Source: an uncultured Acidobacteriota bacterium
Lineage (GTDB): Bacteria; Acidobacteriota; Thermoanaerobaculia; Multivoradales; UBA5704
Direction of reading: 5' to 3'
DNA length: 64,000 bases
Assembly: GCA_963770895.1 (NCBI GenBank)
Contig: CAVYRF010000002.1
Span: forward strand, 3,040,001-3,104,000
The stretch's first letter is position 1. The number at the start of each line of letters is the position of its first letter. This document shows, one piece after another, positions 33,331-43,120 of this stretch. Under the pieces are notes generated by a model. The model was not told the DNA's origin. It made no database searches and saw only the letters and a program-made list of their open reading frames with translations. A program made the position numbers and the translations under genes.

Positions 33331-36300
33331 ATGCGACCCACTTTGGCGTTGGCCTGGATGCTGATCCTGGTCGGTGCGCAATGCGCCGGCGCGGCGACGC
33401 TGGAGGAGCGCTACTTCCACCGCAACTGGCGGCCCGCCGAGGGGCTCCCCGGCAACAGCGTCTATGCCGTCGCGCAGTCGTCCGACCGCTACATCTGGAT
33501 CGGCACCGAAGGCGGTCTGGCGCGCTTTGACGGCCGCCGCTTTATCGCCTTCGGCAATCGCGAGAACGGCAGGTTGCCTGGCGTCTTCGTCACCGCCCTG
33601 TTGGCCGCCCAGGATGACACTCTGTGGGTAGGCACCGAACGCGGCCTGCTGCGGCTGCGGCCAGCCGACCTGGTCGGCGGCCGCGCCGGCAGCCGGCCGT
33701 GGTCGATGGTGGAGGAGGCGCCGGTCAGCGCCCTGGCCCAGGATGCGCGCGGCGGCCTGTGGATCGGCACCCGCTCGGGCCTGCTCAGCCGCTCCGCGGA
33801 GGTCTCCGCCGCGGCCGGGGTGCCGGTGCTGCAGAAGGTCGGATTGGCCGGCATCCGCGTGACGCAGCTGCTGGCAGGCGCGCCGGGCGAGCTGTGGATC
33901 GGCACCGAAGCGCACGGCCTGTGGTATCTGCGCGACGGTAAGCTGGCGGCGGTGGGTGGTCCGCGCCAGGCGCGCGACACGGTGACCGTCCTGGTGCGCG
34001 ACGACGGCGGGACCGACGACGTGTCTCCCGCCCTGGCGTCGCCTTCGGACGCTGCCGCTGCCGAGGCCGGCGCCGCGGTCCTGGCGTTTACCGCTGACGG
34101 CTGCCGGCGGTACGTCGCCGGGCGCCCGGCGGGTGGCACGATCGCCGCCGGGGTGCGACACGTGGTCGCCGCCGGCGGTGCTCCGGGGGGTGGCCTGTGG
34201 CTGGCGACGACGGATCACGGACTCATCCTGTTCAAGGACGGCCGGCGCTACGGCACGAGCGTCGATCACCCTCTGATCGACGCCGTGATCTCCAACGTCT
34301 TTGTCGCCGCCGACCACACCGTGTGGCTGGGCTCGGGCGGCGACGGTCTGCACCAGCTGATCGAAAAGAGCTGCCTCGCCTACACCAGCCACGACGGGCT
34401 TGCCAGTACGCGCGCCGAGTCGGTGCTGCTCGATCGCGACGGTGCGCTGCACGTCGGCACGCAGCAGGGCCTCACCACCCTGGCGCTGGGCGGCCGCGAC
34501 GACGTTGCCGGCTCCGGCGCCGGGCGCGCTGACGACGATGGTCACGGTCGTCGCGGCGGCAGCAGGCGAAGCGACGCCGGCGGCGCCATGCAGGCGCGTA
34601 CCGACCTGCGGGGCACGGAGGTCCTGGCGCTGCGGCGTGACCGCCGCGGCATCCTGTGGGCCGGCACGGCGCGGGGCGTTGCACGCCGGATCGACGGCCG
34701 CTGGCGTTTCCTGGCGCCATGGACGCCTCTCGGCGCGCCCACCGTCAACGTGATGCTGGAGGACACGGCGGGCAATTTCTGGATCGGCTCGACCGCGGGG
34801 CTGGCGGTCATACCTGCCACTCCGGCGAATGCGGGCGCCGACGGCGCCGGCGCCGGCCTGCCGCCGCTGGGCTCTCCCTACAAGGCCGCCGAACGCGTGC
34901 CAGGCCTTGCGGCGCACGACGGCGGGGCGGCGTCCACGACCCTCGCGTCGTCACCCACCCCGCGGATGGTCCTCGGTCTGGAAGACGCTGAGGTGATCGA
35001 TCTCAGCCAGGCCGACGACGGCGCGCTCTGGATCGGCACCCGTGGCGCGGGACTGCTGCGTCTGGCGGCGGGCAAGCTGGAGACGGTCCGCTCCGCAACC
35101 GAGCTGCCGATCGTCAACCTGGTGTGGCGCGGGCGGGCGGGCGACCTGTGGGTCGGCACCTTCGGTGGCGGCCTGCAGCATTTGCGGCAGGGCCACTGGT
35201 ACCGCTTCGACGAGGCCAACGGCCTGCCGGACGCCACCATCCGCCAGATGCTGGAAGACCGCCAGGGGGACCTGTGGCTCTGCTCCGGTGCCGGCATCTC
35301 CCGGATCTCCCGCCGCGCCATCGCCGCCGTCGAGACCGGCACGGCGCCGGGCCTTGTCGCCTTCACCTATGGCCCCGAAGACGGCGTCCCGGAGGGCACC
35401 TGCTACGGCGGTTCGCACCCCGGCGCCGCGCTGGGCGGGGATGGGCACATGTGGTTTTCGATGGCGCACGGAGTGGTCGAAATCCGTCCCGAGCGCATGG
35501 CGCAGCTGGATGTCGGTTCCAAGCCGGCGCTCGACGTGGTGGTGGTCAACGGTCGCGAGCTGGCGCCGTCGCCGGCGCACCGGATGCAGATCGCGGGCGG
35601 GTCGCGGCGCCTCGACCTGCGCTTTTCGGCGCCGCTGTTCGTGGCCCGCCGCAGGGGTCAGGTGCGCTATCGGCTGGCCGGCTTCGACCACGAATGGACT
35701 CTGGACGGCGGCGATCGAGTGGCGCGCTACACCAACCTGCCGCCGGCGAGCTACGCCTTCGAAGTCGCCATTGCCGATGGCCGCGGCGGCTGGCGAGCGC
35801 CGGTGTCGTTGACGGCGATCGAGATCCTGCCGCTCTTTTACCAGCGGCTGGGCTTTTGGGCCCTCGTCGGCCTGGGGCTGGCCGCCCTGGCGATCGCGGT
35901 GTACCGTCTGGCCGCCCGCCGGCTGCTGGCGCGCGCCGCCGCGCTGACCCACCAGGTGGAGCAGCGCACCGAAGAGCTGCGTCAGGTCAACAGCCGCCTG
36001 CAGCAGCTTGCCGCGATCGATCCGCTGACCGGGCTGGCAAACCGCCGCCGCCTGCAGGAGGCCCTGGACCTTGAATCGCGGCGCAGCGCGCGCTACCAGA
36101 GCGAGCTGTCGCTGATCCTGCTGGATGTGGACTTCTTCAAGGGGTTCAACGATTTGCTCGGTCACGTCAGCGGCGACGACTGCCTGCGCCAGGTGGCCGC
36201 GTCGCTGCAGGGCGTCGCCATGCGCTCGGGAGACGTGGTGGCCCGGTACGGCGGCGAAGAGTTCGCCGTGCTGCTGCCCGGAACGCCGGCGATGCACGCC

Positions 36301-36585
36301 TACGGCATCGCCGAAACCATCCGCCAGCGGGTCATGGAGCTGGCGATCCGCCACCCTGGATCCTCCGTGTCCTCCTGCGTGACCATCAGCGCCGGGGTGG
36401 CCAGCGTCATCCCGGCTGCCGGCTTCGACCCGGTGCTCCTGGTTGAGTCGGCGGACTCGGCGCTCTACCGCGCCAAGCGTGACGGCCGCAATCGCGTCCT
36501 GATCGGCGCGCGCGGCGTCATCGACACGGCCGCCGCCATGCGCCCGCTGCGCCTGGCGCAGCAGCAACCGCCCGCCGCCGCCTGA
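33331..36585 (+). CDS. Sensor diguanylate cyclase (periplasmic beta-propeller + Y_Y_Y + TM + GGDEF)
   Basis: Signal peptide, repeated D..G.LWIGT..GL, YTNLPP.SY.F.V, TM segment, DPLTGL.NRR, RSGD I-site, GGEEF; GGAGG RBS. Confidence 0.92.
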   Translation: MRPTLALAWMLILVGAQCAGAATLEERYFHRNWRPAEGLPGNSVYAVAQSSDRYIWIGTEGGLARFDGRRFIAFGNRENGRLPGVFVTALLAAQDDTLWVGTERGLLRLRPADLVGGRAGSRPWSMVEEAPVSALAQDARGGLWIGTRSGLLSRSAEVSAAAGVPVLQKVGLAGIRVTQLLAGAPGELWIGTEAHGLWYLRDGKLAAVGGPRQARDTVTVLVRDDGGTDDVSPALASPSDAAAAEAGAAVLAFTADGCRRYVAGRPAGGTIAAGVRHVVAAGGAPGGGLWLATTDHGLILFKDGRRYGTSVDHPLIDAVISNVFVAADHTVWLGSGGDGLHQLIEKSCLAYTSHDGLASTRAESVLLDRDGALHVGTQQGLTTLALGGRDDVAGSGAGRADDDGHGRRGGSRRSDAGGAMQARTDLRGTEVLALRRDRRGILWAGTARGVARRIDGRWRFLAPWTPLGAPTVNVMLEDTAGNFWIGSTAGLAVIPATPANAGADGAGAGLPPLGSPYKAAERVPGLAAHDGGAASTTLASSPTPRMVLGLEDAEVIDLSQADDGALWIGTRGAGLLRLAAGKLETVRSATELPIVNLVWRGRAGDLWVGTFGGGLQHLRQGHWYRFDEANGLPDATIRQMLEDRQGDLWLCSGAGISRISRRAIAAVETGTAPGLVAFTYGPEDGVPEGTCYGGSHPGAALGGDGHMWFSMAHGVVEIRPERMAQLDVGSKPALDVVVVNGRELAPSPAHRMQIAGGSRRLDLRFSAPLFVARRRGQVRYRLAGFDHEWTLDGGDRVARYTNLPPASYAFEVAIADGRGGWRAPVSLTAIEILPLFYQRLGFWALVGLGLAALAIAVYRLAARRLLARAAALTHQVEQRTEELRQVNSRLQQLAAIDPLTGLANRRRLQEALDLESRRSARYQSELSLILLDVDFFKGFNDLLGHVSGDDCLRQVAASLQGVAMRSGDVVARYGGEEFAVLLPGTPAMHAYGIAETIRQRVMELAIRHPGSSVSSCVTISAGVASVIPAAGFDPVLLVESADSALYRAKRDGRNRVLIGARGVIDTAAAMRPLRLAQQQPPAAA

Positions 36586-36780
36586 GGGCGCCGCCGCCAC
36601 ACCGACCGCAACGTCGCCGGCCCGCCGCCTCCGTAAGGCCGGGTCGGCGCGCCGGCGAGGGAGGGCGGTACTGGCAGGCGCAGCTCCATCATCGCTTTAC
36701 TGCTCACACTTCGACTGCTATCTTCTGAGAATATAGTTTTCAAAGCGATCGCATGAAGCGTTCGTCTGAAAGGAGATCCG

Positions 36781-36951
36781 ATGAGGAAGCAGAGGAAGGC
36801 GCTCAAGCTCAACCGCGACACCTTGCGACTGCTGGAACCCAGCAAGCTGGCCGGCGCCGCGGGTAACGCAGCGACTGTAACTCGTCCCTGCAGCTTCACC
36901 GCCTGCGACGGTTTCGGGAATTCCGGCTGCCCCAACACGTGCCGTTGCTGA
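36781..36951 (+). CDS. Candidate RiPP precursor, lanthipeptide-like (56 aa)
   Basis: MRKQRKALKLNRDTLRLLEPSKLAGAAGNAATVTRPCSFTACDGFGNSGCPNTCRC; AAAGGAG RBS; not in the ORF track. Confidence 0.72.
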   Translation: MRKQRKALKLNRDTLRLLEPSKLAGAAGNAATVTRPCSFTACDGFGNSGCPNTCRC

Positions 36952-37047
36952 CCCGCGCTTCCTGAGGGCCTTGGACCACCACGACGCCACGCTGTGGTGG
37001 TCCAGCGCTTGATCGGTCCCGATTGGAGAAAGCCAAAGAGGCAAAAG

Positions 37048-37572
37048 ATGCCCAGTGCATTCACACGCGAGCCCCGTCTCAGGGCTCAAGGGATGTCGTT
37101 GTCTTTATTGCTCGCCGCCGCGCTGATCCTGGGTAGCACGCAGGCCCGTGCCGAACAATCCTGCCGCTCGGTGCGGGGCTCGGCGACTCTCAAGCCGGTG
37201 CCGGCGGCGGACTGCACTTCCCCAGTGCAGATATGCGGCGAGGGAACCTTCACCGGGGGCCTTTATGGGCGTTATTCCTCCGTGCTCTTCACGCTGACTC
37301 CGACCGCCGATACCCCGGTCACGCAGGTCGTTTTCTTTACCGCCGAGACGACCGTGCCGGAGGCCCGGGTCGGACCCTGGCGGGGCCAGCTGGTGTTCAA
37401 AGAGGCCGGCTCCTTTCATGTCGCCGGCGCTGGGGAATTTGGTGAGCTCTATTCGGCGGCGGGCGGCACCGGGGATTTCGCCGAGGCCACGGGTGTGCTC
37501 AAGGCGGTGGGGACCTTCGTGGACGTTACCGGCGGGGAAATCACCTACGAGGGGCAGATCTGCGTGCCGTAA
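37048..37572 (+). CDS. Secreted hypothetical beta-barrel protein (dirigent/allene oxide cyclase-like)
   Basis: Signal peptide; GGTGDF..ATG.L motif; start 37048 or 37093. Confidence 0.6.
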   Translation: MPSAFTREPRLRAQGMSLSLLLAAALILGSTQARAEQSCRSVRGSATLKPVPAADCTSPVQICGEGTFTGGLYGRYSSVLFTLTPTADTPVTQVVFFTAETTVPEARVGPWRGQLVFKEAGSFHVAGAGEFGELYSAAGGTGDFAEATGVLKAVGTFVDVTGGEITYEGQICVP

Positions 37573-37723
37573 CCGCGCGGACCTTGGCCGGCCAGGCGCC
37601 GCGACGGATTTCCTTGGTTTTCTCCCACTCCCAAGCATTGGGTCGCACTATCCGGTGGCAAGCGGGCTTGTAAAGCCGGCTGCCCTTGGATAGCCTCGGC
37701 CTTTGCTGCGAAGGGAGAGGACG

Positions 37724-38872
37724 ATGAGCGACAAGCGGGAGAAGCTGAATCGCCGCCAGTTCATGATCGCCAGCGCGGCGGGCGCGGCCGGCGCCGGCCT
37801 GGCCGCGGCGGCGCCGCGGGAGCTGTTCGGGCAGGCGCCGGCGGTGGTGACGGCGCGGGCGGGCGGCGCGGCGCGGCCGGTGGTCATCTCGTCGGCCAAC
37901 GGCAACGTGTTCAAGAACGGCGGCGACGTGACCTGTGTGCAGAAGGCGTTCAGCATGATCGCCGGTGGCGCCGACGTGCTCGACTCGCTGATCGCCGGTG
38001 TCAACATCCTGGAGCTGGATCCCGAGGAAACCAGCGTGGGGTATGGCGGGCTGCCGAACGCCGAGGGCGTGGTGCAGCTGGACGCCTCGTGCATGCACGG
38101 CCCGTTGCGCCGCGCCGGCGGCGTGGCGGCGCTCGAAGGGGTGCGCACGCCGTCGCTCGTCGCCAGGGCGGTGATGCAGGCGACCGATCACCACCTGCTG
38201 GTCGGCAAGGGGGCGCAGGACTTTGCGCGCGCCATGGGCTTCAAGATCGAGGACGACCTGAACACCGAAAAATCGCGCCAGCTGTGGCTGGAGTGGAAGC
38301 GGCGCACCGACCCCGAGCACTACCTGGACCCCAAGGAGCGTGCCCAGGCGGGGCTTGCGGCGGCGCAGCAGATGGCGCGCGAGGGCCTGATCGATCCCGA
38401 GCACGTCTGGGGCACGATCAATTGCAACGGCGTCAACACCAAGGGTGAGGTGTGCGGCGTCACCACCACCAGCGGCCTGGCCTGGAAGATCCCCGGCCGC
38501 ACCGGCGACTCGCCGATCCTGGGCGCCGGCCTGTACGTCGACACCACGGTGGGTGCCGCGGGCTCGACCGGCCGGGGAGAGGCCAACCTGTACAACCTGT
38601 CGTCGTTCTTCATCGTCGAAGAGATGCGGCGCGGCGCGCATCCCAAGGACGCCGGCATGGAAGCGCTCAAGCGGGTGGCGGCGGCGACGGTCGAAAAGCG
38701 CCTGCTCAACCAGCGCGGCCAGCCCAACTTCGATCTCAGCTTCTACGTGCTGGGCCGCGACGGCCAATATGCCGGTGTTTCGATGTACCCCTCGCATTTC
38801 GCCGTCTGCACCGAGCACGGCGCCGCGACCCTCCCCACCGAGCCGCTCTACCAGGGCAAGGCGCTGCCCTGA
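37724..38872 (+). CDS. N4-(beta-N-acetylglucosaminyl)-L-asparaginase (Ntn hydrolase), Tat-exported
   Basis: NRRQF Tat motif, SVGYGGLPN, LDAS.M.G, GTI nucleophile, TTSGL..K.PGR.GDSP..GAG. Confidence 0.9.
   Translation: MSDKREKLNRRQFMIASAAGAAGAGLAAAAPRELFGQAPAVVTARAGGAARPVVISSANGNVFKNGGDVTCVQKAFSMIAGGADVLDSLIAGVNILELDPEETSVGYGGLPNAEGVVQLDASCMHGPLRRAGGVAALEGVRTPSLVARAVMQATDHHLLVGKGAQDFARAMGFKIEDDLNTEKSRQLWLEWKRRTDPEHYLDPKERAQAGLAAAQQMAREGLIDPEHVWGTINCNGVNTKGEVCGVTTTSGLAWKIPGRTGDSPILGAGLYVDTTVGAAGSTGRGEANLYNLSSFFIVEEMRRGAHPKDAGMEALKRVAAATVEKRLLNQRGQPNFDLSFYVLGRDGQYAGVSMYPSHFAVCTEHGAATLPTEPLYQGKALP
38469..38506 (+). repeat. 38-bp direct repeat, copy 1 (inside the asparaginase gene)
   Basis: ccagcggcctggcctggaagatccccggccgcaccggc, identical to 42783-42820. 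Confidence 0.85.
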
Positions 38873-38915
38873 TGCGGCCGATCGGCCGCTGTCGCCCCGA
38901 GCAAGGCGGCCGCCC

Positions 38916-40406
38916 TTGACGGCTTGCCGGGCGGCGCTGACAGGACTGGCGGGGTTGCTGCTGGGGCTTGTCGCCCTGACGGCTTGGGCGGTGGGCGCCG
39001 GTAGCCGCACCGGCGCCGGCGTCCAGGCGCCGGGGGCGTCGGCGGCATCGGCGCCGGGTGCCCCGGGCGCCGCCGTGCAAGCAGCTCCGGCCGCCGTCGC
39101 GGCATCGGCGTCGCGCGCCGCCATGGCCGAGCGGGTGCGCGCCGAGATGGTGCATGCCTGGCAGGGCTACCGGCAATATGCCTGGGGGCACGACGAGCTG
39201 CGGCCGGTCAGCAACACGGTGCGCGACTGGTACGCCCAACCGCTGCTGATGACGCCGGTGGATGCCCTGGACACGCTGCTGCTGATGGGGCTGCGCGAGC
39301 AGGCGGCGGAGGCGACCGATCTCATCTGCACGCGGCTTTCGTTTGACAAGGATATTTCGGTCAAGAACTTCGAGATCACCATCCGCATGTTGGGCGGCCT
39401 GCTGTCCGGCTACCAGATGACCGGCGACGCGCGCCTGCTGCGCCTGGCCGAAGACCTGGGAAAGCGGCTGCTGCCGGCGTTCCGTTCGCCGACCGGCATG
39501 CCCTACACCTTTGTCAATCTGAAAACCGGCGCCACCCGCGGTCCGCGCAGCAATCCCGCCGAGGTTGGCACGCTCATCCTGGAGCTGGGCACCCTGTCGC
39601 GCCTGACCGGCAACCCGGAGTACTTCGACAAGGCAAAGCACGCGCTGCGCGAGCTGGACCGGCGGCTGGGTCCCCTGGGCCTGCCGGGCGAAGAGATCGA
39701 CGTCGAAACTGGCGCCTGGACCGCCAACGCCAGCCACATCGGCGGCGGCATCGATTCCTACTACGAATACCTTTTCAAATGCTGGCGCCTGTTCGGCGAG
39801 GCCGACTGCGGCCGAATGTGGCGCCGCGAGATCAAGGCGCTGAACGCCCACCTGGCGGACCAGGCGCCGTCAGGGTTCTGGTACGGCCAGGTCGATCGCA
39901 TCACCGGCCGGCGCACCGCCAGCGAGTTCGGCGCCCTGCAGGCCTTCTTCCCAGCCGTGCTGGTCCTGGCCGGCGACCTGCCGCGCGCCCGGCAGCTCGA
40001 AGATTCCTGCTTCAAGATGTGGAACGTCCAGGGGATCGAGCCCGATTCGATCGACTATCGCACCCTGCGCATCCTCGACGGCGGCTACCCGCTGCGCCCC
40101 GAAATCGTCGAGTCCGCCTACTACCTGCGCCGCGCAACCGGCGATCCGCGCTACCTCGCCATGGGCAACACCATCTTTGCCGCCCTGGTCGCCCACTGCC
40201 GCACCCCCTCGGGCTACACCGTGCTCAAGGACGTCACCACCAAGCAGCAGGGCGACCTCATGCCCAGCTACTTCCTGGCCGAAACCCTCAAATATCTCTA
40301 CCTGCTCTTTGCCCCCGACTCCGCCCTGGACTTCGACCACGTCACCTTCAACACCGAAGGCCACCCCCTCCGCGCCGTCACCACCCCAGCGCCCCACACA
40401 CGCTAA
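38916..40406 (+). CDS. Glycoside hydrolase family 47 alpha-1,2-mannosidase
   Basis: HAW.GY..YAWGHDEL.P, VDALDTL, FEITIR.LGGLLS, DSYYEYL.K, YPLRPE..ES, SYFLAETLKYLYLLF, NTEGHP; start uncertain. Confidence 0.9.
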   Translation: MTACRAALTGLAGLLLGLVALTAWAVGAGSRTGAGVQAPGASAASAPGAPGAAVQAAPAAVAASASRAAMAERVRAEMVHAWQGYRQYAWGHDELRPVSNTVRDWYAQPLLMTPVDALDTLLLMGLREQAAEATDLICTRLSFDKDISVKNFEITIRMLGGLLSGYQMTGDARLLRLAEDLGKRLLPAFRSPTGMPYTFVNLKTGATRGPRSNPAEVGTLILELGTLSRLTGNPEYFDKAKHALRELDRRLGPLGLPGEEIDVETGAWTANASHIGGGIDSYYEYLFKCWRLFGEADCGRMWRREIKALNAHLADQAPSGFWYGQVDRITGRRTASEFGALQAFFPAVLVLAGDLPRARQLEDSCFKMWNVQGIEPDSIDYRTLRILDGGYPLRPEIVESAYYLRRATGDPRYLAMGNTIFAALVAHCRTPSGYTVLKDVTTKQQGDLMPSYFLAETLKYLYLLFAPDSALDFDHVTFNTEGHPLRAVTTPAPHTR

Positions 40407-40542
40407 ACCGCCGCGCCTGCGCACGCGCCGTCAGGCGCGTTGCGATCGGGGCAAAAGCTGGAACACCTGTAGGCTTCGCCGGCGCGGCGGCGCCGGTCGC
40501 TCGCTGGCGGCCGGCGGGTAGCCTGGGCGGAAGGTGCTGCGG

Positions 40543-40701
40543 TCAGAGGGTCTTGTTGCAGGTGCAGGAGTAGGTGGCGCAGAGGCCCGGCGGTGCCGGC
40601 GTGCAGGTGAACGACTTGATGCCGCCGAGGTTGGTGCACAGCTCCTGGCAGTAACTCTGATAGTAGGGGCAGGTGGGGACGCAGGCGATCCGCGGCTCCA
40701 T
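40543..40701 (-). CDS. Cys-rich small peptide (8 Cys), probably 5'-truncated
   Basis: MEPRIACVPTCPYYQSYCQELCTNLGGIKSFTCTPAPPGLCATYSCTCNKTL; the frame is open upstream to 40767 but has no signal peptide or good RBS. Confidence 0.55.
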   Translation of the reverse strand: MEPRIACVPTCPYYQSYCQELCTNLGGIKSFTCTPAPPGLCATYSCTCNKTL

Positions 40702-40817
40702 CGGCGGCGTGCCCACCCCAAACAGGGCCGCGGCCAGGCTGGTCGTGGGGGTGTCGCCGGCGCTCCTTCAACGGTTTCGCAAGCGACCCTATGGCAAGGT
40801 GGCCGCCGCCGATAATA

Positions 40818-40830
40818 ATCGCAATGCGAT
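40818..40830. promoter_or_regulatory. Putative MarR operator palindrome ATCGCA-A-TGCGAT
   Basis: Perfect 6-1-6 palindrome upstream of the ClC gene; matches 16128-16140, including a preceding GATAAT. Confidence 0.65.
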
Positions 40831-40876
40831 ACAATCGACGAGGATCGATGGAACCTACCCAGGAGATGACGCGACG

Positions 40877-42745
40877 ATGGAGGCTGATGAAGCGCTACAG
40901 CGGCCGGCGCAGCAGGATGGACAGCCGCTCCGGCACAGCCGGCACTCCCCGGAGGTCGCCGGAGAGATCTCTCATCCGCGGCCGCCTCGGCCGCATGACG
41001 AGCTGGCGGACTTCAGCACCGACCGCCGGGTCCTGGTGCTTTGCGGGCTGGCGGTGGCAATCGGCGGGGTGGCGGCGCTGGTCGCCTACGTTCTGGTCTG
41101 GCTGATCGCGGTGATCACCAACCTCGCCTACTACCAGAGCTTCTCCTCTCATTTCGTGTCACCCGCCGGCAACCACCTGGGCGTCTGGGCGGTGCTGGTC
41201 CCGGTGGTGGGCGGCCTGGTGATCGGCATCATGGCGCGCTACGGGTCCGAGAAGATCCGCGGCCACGGCATCCCGGAAGCGTTGGAGGCAATCCTCATCG
41301 GCCGCAGCCGCGTCGAGCCCAAGGTCGCCGTCCTCAAGCCGGTCTCGTCGGCAATCTCCATCGGCACCGGTGGCCCGTTCGGAGCCGAGGGGCCGATCAT
41401 CATGACCGGCGGCGCCGTGGGCTCGCTCGTCGCCCAGCTCTTCGATCTCTCCTCCGCCGAACGCAAGACGCTGCTCGTCGCCGGTGCCGCGGCGGGCATG
41501 GCAGCCATCTTCGCCACACCCATGGCGGCGGTGCTGCTGGCCGTCGAGCTGCTGCTCTTCGAGTGGAAGCCGCGCAGCTTCATCCCGGTGGCCGTCGCCT
41601 CCGTCGTTGCCGCGGTCGTACGCGTGCCGCTGCTCGGCGCCGGGCCGGTCTTCCCCGTCCTCGCGCACGCCACCCTCGGTCCCGAGACGCTGGCCTTCGC
41701 CGTGGCCGTAGGATTGGCGGCCGGTCTGGCGTCGGGGGCGCTGACCACCCTCGTCTACGCTTTCGAGGATCTCTTCACCAAGCTCCCCTTCCACTGGATG
41801 TGGTGGCCGATCCTCGGCGGCCTGGCCGTAGGCATCGGCGGCCTGCTCGATCCGCGCGTTCTGGGCGTCGGCTACGACACCATCCAAGCGCTCCTCGGCG
41901 GCCATCTCGCGGGCGGTTCGGCGGCGTCGCTGCTCTTCCTCAAGGCCGTGGTCTGGTCGGTCGCCCTCGGGTCCGGCACATCGGGAGGCGTGCTCGCGCC
42001 GCTGCTCATCATGGGCGGGGCGCTGGGAGCCCTGGAGTCATCGCTCCTGCCCGTCGGCGATACCGGGCTTTGGGCCACGGTCAGCATGGCGGCGATGATG
42101 GGTGGCACGATGCGCTCGCCGCTGACGGCAATTCTCTTCACCGTCGAGCTGACGCACGACTGGAACGTGCTGCCGGCCCTCCTGGTCGCGTCCGTGGCGG
42201 CGCACGGCGCGACCGTTCTCCTTTTGCGGCGCTCGATCCTCACCGAGAAGGTCGCCCGGCGCGGTTACCACCTGTCGCGCGAGTACACCGTCGACCCCTT
42301 CGAGATCCACCGGATCGGCGAGGTCATGGACCACGATCCCGTGACCATCCTGGAAACCATGACCGTGGGCGAGCTTTCCGCCCGTATCGCCGCCGGCGAT
42401 CCCGCGTTGACCGGCCGCCAGGGTGTGCCTATCGTCGACGCGCACGGCGAGCTGGCGGGGATCATCACCCGCAGTGACATCATGCGGGCCATGGAGGGTG
42501 AACCCGGCAGGGAGGCGAGCGTCCTCGACGCCGGCACCCGCGACCTCGTCGTCGCCTACCCCGACGAGCTCCTGCGTGACGCCGTGGCGCGCATGCTGGG
42601 GCGCGACATCGGCCGCCTCCCGATCGTCAACCGGCACCATCCCCGCCGGCTGGTCGGCTATCTCGGCCGAGCCGGCATCATGCGAGCGCGCGTGCACCTC
42701 TACGAAGAGGAAAACCTGCGCGAGCGGGGACTCGGCGCCAGCTGA
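40877..42745 (+). CDS. ClC-family chloride channel/transporter with CBS domains
   Basis: GHGIPE, GAEGP, GTSGG, C-terminal CBS pair; AGGAG upstream. Confidence 0.92.
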   Translation: MEADEALQRPAQQDGQPLRHSRHSPEVAGEISHPRPPRPHDELADFSTDRRVLVLCGLAVAIGGVAALVAYVLVWLIAVITNLAYYQSFSSHFVSPAGNHLGVWAVLVPVVGGLVIGIMARYGSEKIRGHGIPEALEAILIGRSRVEPKVAVLKPVSSAISIGTGGPFGAEGPIIMTGGAVGSLVAQLFDLSSAERKTLLVAGAAAGMAAIFATPMAAVLLAVELLLFEWKPRSFIPVAVASVVAAVVRVPLLGAGPVFPVLAHATLGPETLAFAVAVGLAAGLASGALTTLVYAFEDLFTKLPFHWMWWPILGGLAVGIGGLLDPRVLGVGYDTIQALLGGHLAGGSAASLLFLKAVVWSVALGSGTSGGVLAPLLIMGGALGALESSLLPVGDTGLWATVSMAAMMGGTMRSPLTAILFTVELTHDWNVLPALLVASVAAHGATVLLLRRSILTEKVARRGYHLSREYTVDPFEIHRIGEVMDHDPVTILETMTVGELSARIAAGDPALTGRQGVPIVDAHGELAGIITRSDIMRAMEGEPGREASVLDAGTRDLVVAYPDELLRDAVARMLGRDIGRLPIVNRHHPRRLVGYLGRAGIMRARVHLYEEENLRERGLGAS

Positions 42746-42782
42746 AACGCCGCGCGGCGCCGAGCCTGCCCTCGCACCGACC

Positions 42783-42840
42783 CCAGCGGCCTGGCCTGGA
42801 AGATCCCCGGCCGCACCGGCAGCCCCGGCCGCACCGGCAG
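42783..42840 (+). repeat. 38-bp direct repeat copy 2, followed by an 18-bp tandem duplication
   Basis: 42783-42820 equals 38469-38506; ccccggccgcaccggcag occurs twice (42805-42822, 42823-42840). Confidence 0.85.
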
Positions 42841-42853
42841 CCATGGCGGGTAC

Positions 42854-42885
42854 TTGACTCTGTACATGGGTACGGGGTTTATGCT
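42854..42885 (+). promoter_or_regulatory. MerR-type promoter/operator
   Basis: TTGACT-20 nt-TATGCT, with a CTGTAC-atgg-GTACGG dyad in the long spacer, like mer promoters. Confidence 0.8.
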
Positions 42886-42892
42886 CGTGTCG

Positions 42893-43120
42893 ATGAGATT
42901 GCCGACCTCGCTGCTGACGATAGGACAGCTTGCCAAGCAGGCAGGCGTCGGGATTGAGACCGTTCGCTTCTACGAGCGCCAGGGCTTGCTCCTGGAGCCG
43001 CTTCGTCAGGGTGCGGGCGGTTACCGGCGCTATCCCGCGGAGAGCCTGAGCCGCTTGCGTTCGTTACGCAGTTCTGGGATGCCAAGGCACTTACAGGCCG
43101 ATGGTTCATGGAAAATGTGA
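42893..43120 (+). pseudogene. Truncated MerR-family regulator (HTH only)
   Basis: LTIGQLAKQAGVGIETVRFYERQGLL..P.R...GYRRY...L.RL, then the sequence diverges; no coiled coil or metal-binding Cys. Confidence 0.75.
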
